Of a stretch of DNA of 64,000 nucleotides, positions 35,946 through 46,332 are shown in pieces. Location of the stretch: NCBI GenBank assembly GCA_963666425.2, contig OY762825.2, forward strand, positions 2,336,001 to 2,400,000, given 5' to 3'. The translations under genes and the position numbers were made by a program. Below the pieces are notes generated by a model, which was given only the letters and a program-made list of their open reading frames with translations, searched no databases and was not told the origin of the DNA. The first letter of the stretch is position 1. Each line of letters begins with the position of its first letter. This DNA comes from Bacillota bacterium (GTDB lineage Bacteria; Bacillota; JAAYKD01).

Positions 35946-37421
35946 CTATTTCTGTAAAGCGGTGATGGCTTTTTCCATCCGGGCAATGACACGGTCACGT
36001 CCGATCAGTTCCATGGTGGTGAAGAGCGGCGGTGAGACCTTGCGGTTGGTAAAAGCAATGCGTAAAGGCATAAAGAAGTCGCCCTTTTTCCAGCCCATCG
36101 CCTCGCATTTTTCATTCATCACCGCTTCCATGGTTTCGGCTGAAAATTCCGTTGCTTTCAGCAGTGCCAAAGTCTCTTGCAGCAGGGCTGTAATTTCCGC
36201 AGGGGTTTGCCGCTTGGAAGCAAACAGATCGAGTGCAACCTCGTCCTGCGTCCAATCCTGATAGAAATAGGCAAGGCTTTCCGGTGCGGCGTCCAGACGC
36301 GGCAGACGCTCGTGAATCAAATGGATCAGTTTGGTCAGGTAGGCCTGCGCCGCCGGCGTGTCTTCCTCTATCAATCCGGCTTTCTGCATAAAAGGCATGA
36401 CCCGTGAGCTGAGATCTTCCGGTGTCAGCCGGCGGATCCACATGCCATTCATCCAATCCAGTTTGACCGGGTCAAAGACGGCATTGGATTCCGTGCAGCG
36501 TTCCAGGCTGAACATTTGAATCAATTCTTCTTTGCTTAAGATTTCTTCCAGCTCATCGCCGCCCGGATTCCAGCCCAGGAAGGCGTTGAAGTTCAGCATC
36601 GCTTCCGGCAAATAACCCATTTCGGCGAATTCACCCAAATAAACGGCGCCTTTGCGCTTGGAGATTTTTGTCTTATCGGGATTGAGCAGCAGCACGAGGT
36701 GAGCAAATTCCGGCAGTTCCCAGCCCAAAGCCCGGTAGATCACAACTTGCGGGAAGGTGTTGGAGATGTGTTCGGCTGCCCGGATGACATGGGAAATTTC
36801 CATGACATGATCGTCAATCACCGTAGCAAAATTATAGAGCGGAATCCCGTTGGATTTTTGGATGACAAAATCACCCATCAAAGCACCGTCCGATTCCAAT
36901 TGGCCATGGATGGCATCGTGGAAGCGGATCTTGTCATCTGGGACATGCAAACGGATGGCAGGCAAACGTCCTTCGGCACGATAAGCGGCTTTCTGCTCTT
37001 CCGTTAGCTGCAGACAGCGGCCGCTGTAGCGAGGATCCTCTTTTTTGGCGCTCTGTGCTTCCCGTTCGGCAGCCAATTCTTCCGCTGTGCAGTAGCATTC
37101 ATAGGCTTTGCCTTCCTGCAGCAGCTGCTGAATGTAGTGATGATAAATGTCGAGCCGCTCGCTCTGACGGTAAGGGCCATAGGGACCACCGACATCGGCA
37201 CCTTCATCCCAGTCGAGGCCCAGCCATTTCAGCCCGGCAAAAACACCTTCTTCGGATTCTTTGGTGTTGCGTTTGTTATCGGTATCGTCAATACGTAAAA
37301 TAAATTTGCCATGATTCCTACGGGCAAAAAGGTAATTGTACAAAGCGGTGCGGGCGGTTCCCACATGGCAGTTGCCGGTTGGAGAAGGAGCAATTCGCAC
37401 GCGAACAGGTTTGTCAGCCAT
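35946..37421 (-). CDS. gltX: Glutamate--tRNA ligase
   Basis: RIAPSPTG, HVGT (HIGH), LRIDDTD, PYRQSER, KISKR (KMSKS). Confidence 0.97.
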   Translation of the reverse strand: MADKPVRVRIAPSPTGNCHVGTARTALYNYLFARRNHGKFILRIDDTDNKRNTKESEEGVFAGLKWLGLDWDEGADVGGPYGPYRQSERLDIYHHYIQQLLQEGKAYECYCTAEELAAEREAQSAKKEDPRYSGRCLQLTEEQKAAYRAEGRLPAIRLHVPDDKIRFHDAIHGQLESDGALMGDFVIQKSNGIPLYNFATVIDDHVMEISHVIRAAEHISNTFPQVVIYRALGWELPEFAHLVLLLNPDKTKISKRKGAVYLGEFAEMGYLPEAMLNFNAFLGWNPGGDELEEILSKEELIQMFSLERCTESNAVFDPVKLDWMNGMWIRRLTPEDLSSRVMPFMQKAGLIEEDTPAAQAYLTKLIHLIHERLPRLDAAPESLAYFYQDWTQDEVALDLFASKRQTPAEITALLQETLALLKATEFSAETMEAVMNEKCEAMGWKKGDFFMPLRIAFTNRKVSPPLFTTMELIGRDRVIARMEKAITALQK

Positions 37422-37518
37422 AAAAAGTCTCTCCTTTATGAAAAATCTCAACTGTACCTATTTTACCTGAGTTATCCTCAAAGCGCAAGAGAATTTCTAT
37501 CTGTTCGTAAATTCTTAT

Positions 37519-37547
37519 TTGACAGTCATTCTTTCAGCAGTTATAAT
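37519..37547 (+). promoter_or_regulatory. sigA promoter of the ileS leader
   Basis: TTGACA-17-TATAAT. Confidence 0.85.
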
Positions 37548-37562
37548 AGAATGTATTCATAC

Positions 37563-37832
37563 GCCATGATGCAAAGAGTAGGCAGGATTTTAGGTTTCTT
37601 CAGAGAGCCCGGCAGTGCTGTGAGCCGGGTGGAACCTCCTTGCACGAAAATCACTGCGGATGCGGCTGCAGCAAAAGAACTCTAGCTAACTGCAGACGGC
37701 TGGACCACGTTAACGGTCTTGCGGTTTTTTGACGATCGTCCAAGAACCGTCTGAGCCCGTATTCATCTGAATAAGGGAAACCGGGGTGGTACCACGAGCC
37801 TGCTCGTCCCAATTGGAGGGATGGGTTTTTTT
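37563..37832 (+). ncRNA. T-box riboswitch (Ile)
   Basis: AGTA, AGAGA and GCTG stem I motifs; specifier ATC at 37650-37652; T-box GGGGTGGTACCACG; terminator CTCGTCCC...GGGATGGG-T7. Confidence 0.93.
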
Positions 37833-37880
37833 ATGTACTAAATATGTACTAGAAATGAAATCGAGAAGGAGCAAGAAGGA

Positions 37881-40682
37881 ATGGATTATAATAAAACCTT
37901 AAATTTACCGGAAACCAAGTTTCCTATGCGGGCAAACTTAGCGGAACGTGAACCGGAACAATTGAAAATTTGGTATGAAACGGATCTTTATCAGCAAATC
38001 CGGCAAGCCCGCGCAGCAGCGCCGAAGTATATTTTTCATGACGGGCCGCCTTATGCCAACGGCGATATCCACATTGGTCATGTCTTAAATAAAACGCTGA
38101 AGGACGTGATCGTCAAATACAAGACGATGCGTGGTTTTGACGTGCCCTATACACCCGGCTGGGATATGCATGGTCTGCCGATTGAATATGCCGCCGTTCG
38201 TCAGTTGGGTTTAAAGCTGAATGAAATTTCCGTTTTGGATCTGCGCAAAAAATGTGCGGAGTTTGCCAAGGGGTGGATGGAAAAACAGAGGGTTTCCCTG
38301 AAACGGCTCGGGATCATCTGCGATTGGGACAATCCGTATATGACCTTATTGCCGAAATACGAAGCCAAGCAGATGGATGTTTTTGCGGCGATGTATCAAA
38401 AAGGTTTGATTTATAAAGGATTGAAACCGGTGCATTGGTGCCCGAACTGCGAAACCGTTTTGGCAGAAGCAGAAATCGAATACGCCGATAAGAACTCTCA
38501 TTCCATTTATGTGGCTTTTGAAGTCAAAGAAGACCCGAACCAACGGCTCCCTCTGACCGAAAAACCGATTGATTTTATCATCTGGACCACCACACCCTGG
38601 ACCTTGCCTGCCAATGTGGCGATATGCCTGAATCCGGACTTCGATTACGTGCTCTACGACTGCGGTGAACGGCGGGTGGTGGTTGCGAAGGCTCTGCTGG
38701 AAGCGGCTAAAAAGGCCTGCAGCCTGCCGCAGGGCAGCATTGTGGCTGAGTATAAAGGTACGGATTTGGAAATGATTCTCTGTCAGCATCCGTTTATCGC
38801 GGATCGTCTGTCGCAGGTAATTTTAGGCGATCACGTCACCCTGGAGACCGGCACCGGCTGTGTGCACACAGCACCCGGACATGGCGAGGATGATTTCAAT
38901 GTTGGCAAGAAGTACCATCTGCCGGTGCTCAATCCAACCGACAACAGCGGTCATTTCACGGCGGAGGCCGGTAAGTATGCCGGTATGAAACTGGATGCCG
39001 CCAACGACGTGATCATAGCGGATCTTGAGGCTTCCGGCCGTTTGTTGGCGCATGGCACAATCACGCATTCTTATCCGCATTGCTGGCGCTGTCATAAACC
39101 CATCCTGTTCCGCACGACCGAACAGTGGTTCGCTTCCGTTGACAGCATTCGTCAGCAAGCGATGGATGAAATTGAAAAGGTGCATTGGTATCCCGGCTGG
39201 GGTAAAGAGCGCATCGGCAATATGGTCAAAGACCGCGGCGACTGGTGTATTTCACGTCAGCGCAGCTGGGGGGTTGGCCTGCCAATTTTCTACTGCAAAC
39301 AGTGCGGCAAAGAATTGATCACCCCGGAAACTCTGCGGATTGTGCGTGATTTGATTGCCGTGGAGGGTTCCGATGTTTGGTATGCCAAAGAGGCGCAGGA
39401 AATCTTGGGCAAAGAGTTCAGCTGTGAGCGTTGCGGCGGCCATGAATTCAGCAAAGAAACCGATATCATGGATGTTTGGTTCGATTCCGGTTCCTCGCAT
39501 GTGGCTGTGCTGGAACAATGGCCCGGCTTGAGCTGGCCGGCGGATCTTTACCTGGAAGGCGCCGATCAGCATCGCGGTTGGTTCCAATCCTCCCTTTGGA
39601 CCGGTGTGGCAGCCAGAGGCGGCGCTCCGTATCGAGCGGTCGTCACCAACGGTTTTGTCATGGACGGCGAAGGGCGTAAGATGTCGAAATCCCTGGGCAA
39701 CGTCGTCAATCCGAGCGAAGTGATCAAACAAAACGGCGCCGATGTGCTGCGGCTCTGGGCAGCCTCCACCGACGCAAAAGCCGGTGATGTGCGTTATTCC
39801 AAGGAAATCCAAAAGCAAGTGGCGGAAGTCTACCGCAAGATCCGCAATACACTGCGCTTCCTGCATTCTTTGCTGCCGGATTTTAATCCGATTACCGATC
39901 GCATCGCTGTCCAAGAGATGGTCCTGATCGATCAATGGATCGTCAGCCGGCTAGCCGGTTTAGTCCGGGATGTGACTGAATATTACGAAGACTTTGATTA
40001 TCATTTGGTCTATCACAACATTCATGGCTTCTGCGCCCTGGATTTGAGCGCCTTTTATCTGGATGTGATCAAAGACCGCATGTATGCCTCCGGCAAGACA
40101 AGCCGTGAACGCCGCAGCGGTCAAACCGCCGCCTGGTATCTGCTCGACAGCATGATCCGTATGCTGGCTCCCATCCTTTCTTTCACAGCGGAAGAAATGT
40201 GGCAGGAACTGCGGGCTGTTGGCTTCGAAACAGAAGCGTCTGTGCATTTGGCAGTCTGGCCAAAGGCAGAAGCGGAATGGCTGAATCAGGGGCTGGAAGC
40301 ACAGTTCAGCCAGCTGCTTGCCGTCCGCGAGGAAGTCAATAAGGTTCTGGAAACGGAACGTCAATTAAAGCACATCGGCAAATCCTTGGATGCTAAGGTG
40401 CATTTGTATCTCAAAGACGGAGCACTGCAGGATTTTGTTTTTGCCAATCAAACCTTATGGGCGGAGATTTTAATCGTTTCACAGGTGGTGCTGCATCGGG
40501 GAAGCCTGGAAAATGGCCTGCAGGCGGAAAACCTGCCGGATTTGCAGATCCAAATTGCAGCAGCCAGCGGCAAACAGTGTGTGCGCTGCTGGAACTTCAG
40601 CGATCAAGTGGGCAGCGAAGCAGAACATCCCGAACTTTGCTCGCGCTGTGCGGCTGTTGTGCGGGAGCTGCCGCTCGACTAG
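37881..40682 (+). CDS. ileS: Isoleucine--tRNA ligase (type 1)
   Basis: [33 protein letters not shown]-terminal CVRC..CSRC Zn finger. Confidence 0.98.
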   Translation: MDYNKTLNLPETKFPMRANLAEREPEQLKIWYETDLYQQIRQARAAAPKYIFHDGPPYANGDIHIGHVLNKTLKDVIVKYKTMRGFDVPYTPGWDMHGLPIEYAAVRQLGLKLNEISVLDLRKKCAEFAKGWMEKQRVSLKRLGIICDWDNPYMTLLPKYEAKQMDVFAAMYQKGLIYKGLKPVHWCPNCETVLAEAEIEYADKNSHSIYVAFEVKEDPNQRLPLTEKPIDFIIWTTTPWTLPANVAICLNPDFDYVLYDCGERRVVVAKALLEAAKKACSLPQGSIVAEYKGTDLEMILCQHPFIADRLSQVILGDHVTLETGTGCVHTAPGHGEDDFNVGKKYHLPVLNPTDNSGHFTAEAGKYAGMKLDAANDVIIADLEASGRLLAHGTITHSYPHCWRCHKPILFRTTEQWFASVDSIRQQAMDEIEKVHWYPGWGKERIGNMVKDRGDWCISRQRSWGVGLPIFYCKQCGKELITPETLRIVRDLIAVEGSDVWYAKEAQEILGKEFSCERCGGHEFSKETDIMDVWFDSGSSHVAVLEQWPGLSWPADLYLEGADQHRGWFQSSLWTGVAARGGAPYRAVVTNGFVMDGEGRKMSKSLGNVVNPSEVIKQNGADVLRLWAASTDAKAGDVRYSKEIQKQVAEVYRKIRNTLRFLHSLLPDFNPITDRIAVQEMVLIDQWIVSRLAGLVRDVTEYYEDFDYHLVYHNIHGFCALDLSAFYLDVIKDRMYASGKTSRERRSGQTAAWYLLDSMIRMLAPILSFTAEEMWQELRAVGFETEASVHLAVWPKAEAEWLNQGLEAQFSQLLAVREEVNKVLETERQLKHIGKSLDAKVHLYLKDGALQDFVFANQTLWAEILIVSQVVLHRGSLENGLQAENLPDLQIQIAAASGKQCVRCWNFSDQVGSEAEHPELCSRCAAVVRELPLD

Positions 40683-40771
40683 AGAAGAGAATGAAATAGC
40701 TGAGGGATAGAATAACAGAGCCGCACTTTTTGAAAACGCGGTTGGGATATTTAGTATCCCCGAGAGAAACG

Positions 40772-42620
40772 GGGGCTGTAGCAAAACGAAAAATTGCTAC
40801 AGTCTCTTTTTGATGCTCCAGTATCATTTTTCACAAACGAAAAGCAAGCTAATACGAAAAACAGCAGACAGAAATATAAAGGTCAGATAAAATCTCACCC
40901 AAATACAGGAAATATTCTGATTTTTACTATTGTTAAGCCGTAAGTTTTTTAAACAATTGTCTGCCGGTGCGATTTTGTTGAATCTTGTTGTGTAATTTGT
41001 TGATGTTGTAGCCCATTGCCACCAAAAGAATCTCTGCCAAAACCTTTCTATTGCCGCGGAGCAGGAACTGACGGAAGCCGTAATCCTGCTTGATCACGCC
41101 GAAGGCTCCTTCTGACTGAATGGAACGGTTCATCCGCAGCAAGATCCCCTTGGCACTGGTGATCCGCTCCAGTGACTGTTGACGCTGCTCAATGAATTTC
41201 TTGGAGACCTGCAGTTTCCTGTTTCCCTTCGATCGGGTGCATTTCTTTTTGTAGGGACACGTTCCGCAATCCTCACATGCGTAGTAGGTGATCTCACTTT
41301 CAAAACCAGACTTGCTCTTACGTTTGCCTGTATAAACTGCTCTGAGTTTCTTTTCAGCCTGACAGGTGTATTCATCCAGTGTCCTGTCATAGGCCATGTT
41401 TTCTCTCAGCGCCATGTTGCTTTTGTATTTCTTCGTTTTAGACCGCTCATAATTTTGAGGCTTAATGTAACACTGTGTGGTTTTATTTTCAAAAAAGGTG
41501 TAATTTTCCTCGCTCTCATAACCCGCATCCGCTGTGACATCTTCGTAACTTGTCTTAAGATGCGCTTCCATATTCTCCAGCAAGGGTATGAGTGTAAGCT
41601 GAGTGCTGCGCTCATTGGAAACCTGGGCACCCGTAATATATGCACCTTCCACTCCAAGTTGGATGTTATAACCCGGTTTCAATTGCGCGTTACGCATATG
41701 ATCGTCTTTCATATGCATGAAAGTCGCATCCGGATCAATTTTAGAGAAGCTATTCCGCCCTTGGAAGGCCGTTTGATATCCGGTATTTTTAGTTTACATT
41801 AAGCAATCCGGCATACTTTTCTTTCCGGCTGAGCAGCTCCCGAAGCTGCTCGATATCCCTTTGCAGTTCGCTTTTTCGCTTGCCCTTGCCGTAGACAAAC
41901 GGTGCGGTTATCCGGCACTTGAGGATCTGTAGCAAATCTTCCGACGTTTCTGCCAGAATACCGTATTTTGCAGACAGCTCAGGCAGCCACTTCGACAGTT
42001 TGTCAAGTAGCCTGCTTTCATATTTCGTCGTGCTTTTTTTTCCAGACAAAGCTATACTTGTTCGCATTCGCTTCGAGTTTTGTCCCGTCTACAAACAGAT
42101 GCTCAAACTTGATTTCACTCAAGTTGGCCAGTTTTTTCACCAATTGATAGAAAAGCTCCTCACCGCATTTTGTCAGCCGTTTACTTCGAAAACGCGCGAT
42201 TTCGCTGTGGTTAGGTTCTTTTTTCCCATTGAGCAGCCAGATGAAATTGATATCTCGCTTACATGCCATGGCGATGGCGCGGCTGGAAAAAATGCCTTGC
42301 ATACTGGCATATACCATTAGCTTCAGCATGGTAACGGGATTTGTTGCCGGGCGACGACCTGTGCGTTGATATGCTCTCCAAAGCGGGGTCTCATCCATCT
42401 CCTCCATTATTTCGTCTAAGAGCCGCACACTGTCATCTGCAGGAATTATTTTCTCGGCAAAAAATTCGTCAAGTTTTAGTTGCACATTTCTTTTTTTCGT
42501 GCCATAATCGACACGGTGTAGTGTTTTTTTCACAACTCAATTATACAAAAAAAACAGAGCCTTGTGTCTGCTTTTCGCAGCCACTTGGCTCTGTTTTTTT
42601 GGCTGTTTTGCTAAAGCCCC
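40772..42620 (-). mobile_element. IS1182-family insertion sequence (defective)
   Basis: Terminal IRs GGGGCTGTAGCAAAAC / GTTTTGCTAAAGCCCC (15 of 16 match) with subterminal hairpins around a broken transposase. Confidence 0.88.
40933..42533 (-). pseudogene. IS1182 DDE transposase in three pieces
   Basis: FSSRAI, FVDGTKLEANANKYSFVW, DPDATFMHMK, KPGYNIQ, ADAGYESEENY, RSIQSEGAFG; extra A in an A8 run near 42035 and a 28-bp insertion near 41790. Confidence 0.9.
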
Positions 42621-42622
42621 TT

Positions 42623-42856
42623 TTATTTCGTGTCTTTAGGCGGGCACGGGTCTTTGCCGTGACTGTCCGAATTCTGAATTTTCCCGTCAATTCCATGAAC
42701 TATGAACTCAGTTCTTTGATTATGACTAATCTGTCTACCCATCTTCACAGCATCTGTTTTGGTTTCTGTGTGAACGCTTACTCGCTGAGCGTCATTACGT
42801 TTTACATCCCATCCGCCATTCGGATTATGTACTACATGATGTTCATCTCTTGCCAT
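42623..42856 (-). CDS. DUF2188 family protein
   Basis: HHVVHN..GGWDVK, IVHGIDGKIQ, SHGKDPCPPK signature. Confidence 0.85.
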   Translation of the reverse strand: MARDEHHVVHNPNGGWDVKRNDAQRVSVHTETKTDAVKMGRQISHNQRTEFIVHGIDGKIQNSDSHGKDPCPPKDTK

Positions 42857-42869
42857 TTGAACGCCTCCT

Positions 42870-43418
42870 TTAGGGGTTGTACTTGAGATAATCTGAAAAA
42901 CTTTGATAACCGAGCCGTCGTTTTCTACTCAACATGCTTTGCCATATTGCATTTCCTTGCACTTTGTCTATTAAGCCTGCAGCCATTGCTTCTTTCAGGA
43001 TATCCCCGGTTGTAACATGTGTCAGTCCGTATTCGTGAACATAACCCGAGATGTCTTTAAGATTATTACTAGCCAGTATTCCTCCACGCTCTATTGCCAT
43101 TGAGATTGCTGCAGCTTCGCCATCGCCAATTACACAGTGACCTGGATCAGGATTATTCGTCAGCTTGTAAAACAGACCATAAGTTACTGAATCGATAATA
43201 ATCGATTCCACAATTGCTTGGCCACTCAAAACAAGTGTATCAACTTGCGCCTTCAATCCTTTTACATGATTAAGTCCCGGATGTGAAAGCTCATTGTAAA
43301 CTTGCCTTGGAATAACGATTCTTCCAGGATAGAGTTTTGCGAGGATGCTTTCATTATCAACCCAGAGAAATGCTGACAGGCAGTCAGTATCGAAGAAAAG
43401 AGGCTCAATCAACCACAT
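42870..43418 (-). CDS. PIN-domain protein (putative RNase toxin)
   Basis: FFDTDCLS, VYNEL, IGDGEAAAI, LASNNLKD PIN acidic motifs. Confidence 0.82.
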   Translation of the reverse strand: MWLIEPLFFDTDCLSAFLWVDNESILAKLYPGRIVIPRQVYNELSHPGLNHVKGLKAQVDTLVLSGQAIVESIIIDSVTYGLFYKLTNNPDPGHCVIGDGEAAAISMAIERGGILASNNLKDISGYVHEYGLTHVTTGDILKEAMAAGLIDKVQGNAIWQSMLSRKRRLGYQSFSDYLKYNP

Positions 43419-44163
43419 CACCAGCCCCCTCTTCGCCATATACTAAATCAGGACGGAATGCAGTCAGGAGGAGTTCTTCATACTTCCCGTTAGATATCGA
43501 TTCTTTTTTCAACAATTGGTCTGCTTGATTTATGTAGTAACCATAAGTTCTATACTGCTTTTCTGTCGGAAGCGGCAAATACAATTCTGAACTATAACCC
43601 ATCATTTCGGCTCTTTTGCGGACACTACTCATTAGGTAGTCTTCAACCCGAGCCCTGTTCATATAGGTGCTTTCTTTCAAGCGAATTACCATCGCCTGAT
43701 GGCTTACACCAAAATACTGTTCAAGCCTAATTATATCATCCAGTAAAAGCATCCCGTCTTCGTGCTTAACAGCTAATTGTGCGGCTTTGCATTCCAATTC
43801 AGCGGCAGGTATCAAAAAATAGGATGCGAACACGTCCGCTTTTTTTTCGATATCCTTTCCATCCCCGATTTTCTTTCCGCAAATAGATGACATGTTGTCA
43901 TCATAGCGCAGATGATAAAGCTCATGTGCCAGAGAAAAGCGCTGGCGACCAAGGGACATTGCAGAATTCATTGCAATCACAAAGACTCTGCTCTCTCCCT
44001 TAATGCACATGCCACTAAAATTATCCCCCATAGCATAATAAACCAGCGTGAGCTGCTTGATGTTTTGCGCCAGGGAAAAAATATCTACGGGGGAATTACT
44101 GTCTTCGCCTAATTCTTTTCTAAATTGAATTGCTTTAGTCATCAAGTCCGCTTTATCAATCAC
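43405..44163 (-). CDS. ImmA/IrrE family (DUF955) Zn metallopeptidase
   Basis: RQRFSLAHELYH (HExxH), EKKADVFASYFLIP, FGVSHQAMVIRL. Confidence 0.92.
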   Translation of the reverse strand: MIDKADLMTKAIQFRKELGEDSNSPVDIFSLAQNIKQLTLVYYAMGDNFSGMCIKGESRVFVIAMNSAMSLGRQRFSLAHELYHLRYDDNMSSICGKKIGDGKDIEKKADVFASYFLIPAAELECKAAQLAVKHEDGMLLLDDIIRLEQYFGVSHQAMVIRLKESTYMNRARVEDYLMSSVRKRAEMMGYSSELYLPLPTEKQYRTYGYYINQADQLLKKESISNGKYEELLLTAFRPDLVYGEEGAGDVVD

Positions 44164-44504
44164 GCTTCAATACCCTCCAGTAGTCTCCTCATGAATTCAG
44201 AGTTTAGCGCTATTTTATTAATAGCGCTAATTACCTCTAGATCGCTGGAAGACAAATCACTGCATCTGAAAGCACACGATAGCGGTCTTGTCGCGACAAC
44301 ATCATTCACTAAAGTTGATGGCATAATACCATATAGAGATGAAAGTTTATCTAGCATGTCTGCAGATATGCTACGTTCTCCTTTTTCAATTTTACTAATT
44401 AAGCTTTGATCTACCCCTAAAAATGTGGCGATACTTCGTTGATTATACCCAGCACTATCTCTTAGTATCCGGAGATTCTCGCCAATGGCTTTGTTATTCA
44501 TCAT
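44160..44504 (-). CDS. XRE/Cro-C1 HTH transcriptional regulator
   Basis: IGENLRILR..NQRSIATFLGVDQSLISKIEKGER; C-terminal AFR motif. Confidence 0.92.
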   Translation of the reverse strand: MMNNKAIGENLRILRDSAGYNQRSIATFLGVDQSLISKIEKGERSISADMLDKLSSLYGIMPSTLVNDVVATRPLSCAFRCSDLSSSDLEVISAINKIALNSEFMRRLLEGIEA

Positions 44505-44530
44505 AGTATTCGATCTCCTTTCTCACCATC

Positions 44531-44585
44531 ATTATATGCCGGCCTTGTCATAAAGTCAACGTAATTTTTATAAAATTTATGACAA
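44531..44585 (-). promoter_or_regulatory. sigA promoter with overlapping inverted-repeat operator
   Basis: TTGACT-17-TATAAT on the minus strand; IR TTGTCATAAA (44545-54) / TTTATGACAA (44576-85) flanking the -35. Confidence 0.7.
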
Positions 44586-44721
44586 TTCATTATTGAACCT
44601 GATTTATCAGTAGTTATATAACTATAACTTTTTTTGTAATATTGATATTCTATTATGTGCTAAGAATTGGAAGAATATTAGTGCTAAGCAACACGAAGCT
44701 ATTTGATAAATATGACAGAGC

Positions 44722-44860
44722 TTATGCCTGTATCTCTGTTCAATCCTTGAATGTGACGCGCACATCGTCCTTGCTGTAAACGGTGATGAAGTCAATCTTG
44801 CCAGCCAATATTCATCCCGATATTCGTCATCAGTTCTTTTTGTTCAATTGCCTTATTGGC
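44722..44860 (-). pseudogene. C-terminal remnant of a large serine recombinase
   Basis: EQKELMT..DEYWLA..IDFITVYSKDDVRVTFKD*TEIQA with frameshifts; resembles recombinase C-termini ending TVYS..DIRFTFKDGTEI. Confidence 0.6.
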
Positions 44861-45258
44861 TGCCTAACATACGCTGTGTTTTCCTCTGTCCCTCAGGGAT
44901 GGCTTCTTTCGCCTCTGATTACCTACTGGGAAAAAAACCCGGATGTACAAAGAAATTCGAATATGTTAACCTCGTACAGGCAGATCTCCGGCACAGCAGG
45001 GTAAATCCTCTCATTTCATCCAGAACGGACAAAAGCAAAACCCATTCTGAATTGCTCATAAAAAGCTACCCGGAAAATAATTACAGATAACAATAGAAAT
45101 ACTCACATATTCGTGATATAGTAAATGTGTCATCTTGGAGGTGCAAAAATCTAATTATCGCCGATTTCTGTAAGTGGTATTGACACAGGATTTGGGAATA
45201 TGTTCTCACAAGGCAAAATGTTTTTATCCACAAGAACGATATCAATAAGGAGAGTTGT

Positions 45259-45906
45259 ATGAAAGATTTTATCATGTCGCTGCTTTTTAACCTATTTAAA
45301 TTAAACCCAAAAATGAAAGTTGCAACAAAAAAAACGATTTCCCTTGAAACATTTAAAATACTTGAAGAATATAAATGTAAAAGTGATGATCCAACAGACA
45401 GGGGGAGTATTATCGATTTAGGCGGCGGAGGCGAGGGCATAATCGGTCAAATCATGGGGCGGGATGTTACTGCAGTGGATTTACATGAACAAGAACTGAA
45501 AGGAACCCCTGAAGGTTCTTATAAAGTGGTAGCCGATGCGAGAGATTTACCATTTGAAGCGGACAGCTTCTATTGCGCAACGGCATTTTACTTTTTGATG
45601 TACTTAAATCCAGAAGATTATCGGAAGGTCTTTGAAGAGGCTCATCGCGTTTTGAAAGCATCAGGAAGGTTTATTATATGGGATGTTACTATACCAAAAA
45701 CCGAAAATCCTCGGAAGCGTTTGTTTGTTGTGCCTTTAAAGGTTGAGCTGCCTTTTGGGGTTGTCAATACAGCATACGGCACAGGCTGGGAGAACAAAGA
45801 ACTAAATGCTCAACTGTTAATCCAAATCGCCATAGAAACAGGCTTTATCCTCGAACAAAATCAAGGAAACAATGAAACCATTCAACTCATTTTTATAAAA
45901 AAGTGA
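45259..45906 (+). CDS. Class I SAM-dependent methyltransferase
   Basis: IIDLGGGGEG, ADARDLPF..DSF, RVLKASG. Confidence 0.88.
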   Translation: MKDFIMSLLFNLFKLNPKMKVATKKTISLETFKILEEYKCKSDDPTDRGSIIDLGGGGEGIIGQIMGRDVTAVDLHEQELKGTPEGSYKVVADARDLPFEADSFYCATAFYFLMYLNPEDYRKVFEEAHRVLKASGRFIIWDVTIPKTENPRKRLFVVPLKVELPFGVVNTAYGTGWENKELNAQLLIQIAIETGFILEQNQGNNETIQLIFIKK

Positions 45907-46332
45907 GCTATACCATCATCCTTAAGCTTTGTTGAATGCGAAGATGCATTGACGTAAGGCCTTTGCTTCTTTCGAAATTTACCGTGAAGATGGGCTTGAT
46001 GTGGGTTTTTGTGATGGCTTTCAAGCTCGCCGATGCCGTATTCCGATACGCGACGAATATGCTGTCAGATACCATCAGTATATTGAGGGCTTTTTGCAGC
46101 TTGATTTACGATGTTGAGAAAGTCAGCAAGAAGTCCGAACCTGTCAAGAAAGTAAAATAAGAATAGCGACGATAAGCTGACGAATAATAAGAAGAAGAGT
46201 TCGTTGCCTCATCCGTTTATAGTTTGATGTTTAGCTAATTTGTAACAAATAAACAGCAGGAAATTTGCTTCTGAACTCGAAAGAATAAGAGGTAAAGTTC
46301 GCGGTAGATGAACTGGAGGAGAGGAAGGATTT

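Noticed and set aside
42030-42045. Programmed -1 frameshift at A-AAA-AAG in the IS1182 transposase
   Set aside because: The downstream transposase sequence is in the +1 frame, so this is a homopolymer indel or sequencing error, not -1 recoding.
44160-44163. HTH and ImmA peptidase as one frameshifted gene
   Set aside because: The peptidase has its own GGAGG RBS and a GTGA start/stop overlap typical of coupled separate genes.
45936-46160. 74-aa ORF, or a minus-strand integrase remnant (..ASLKAITKTHIKPIF..)
   Set aside because: No RBS or motif for the ORF; resemblance to a tyrosine-integrase N-domain is too short to support without a search.
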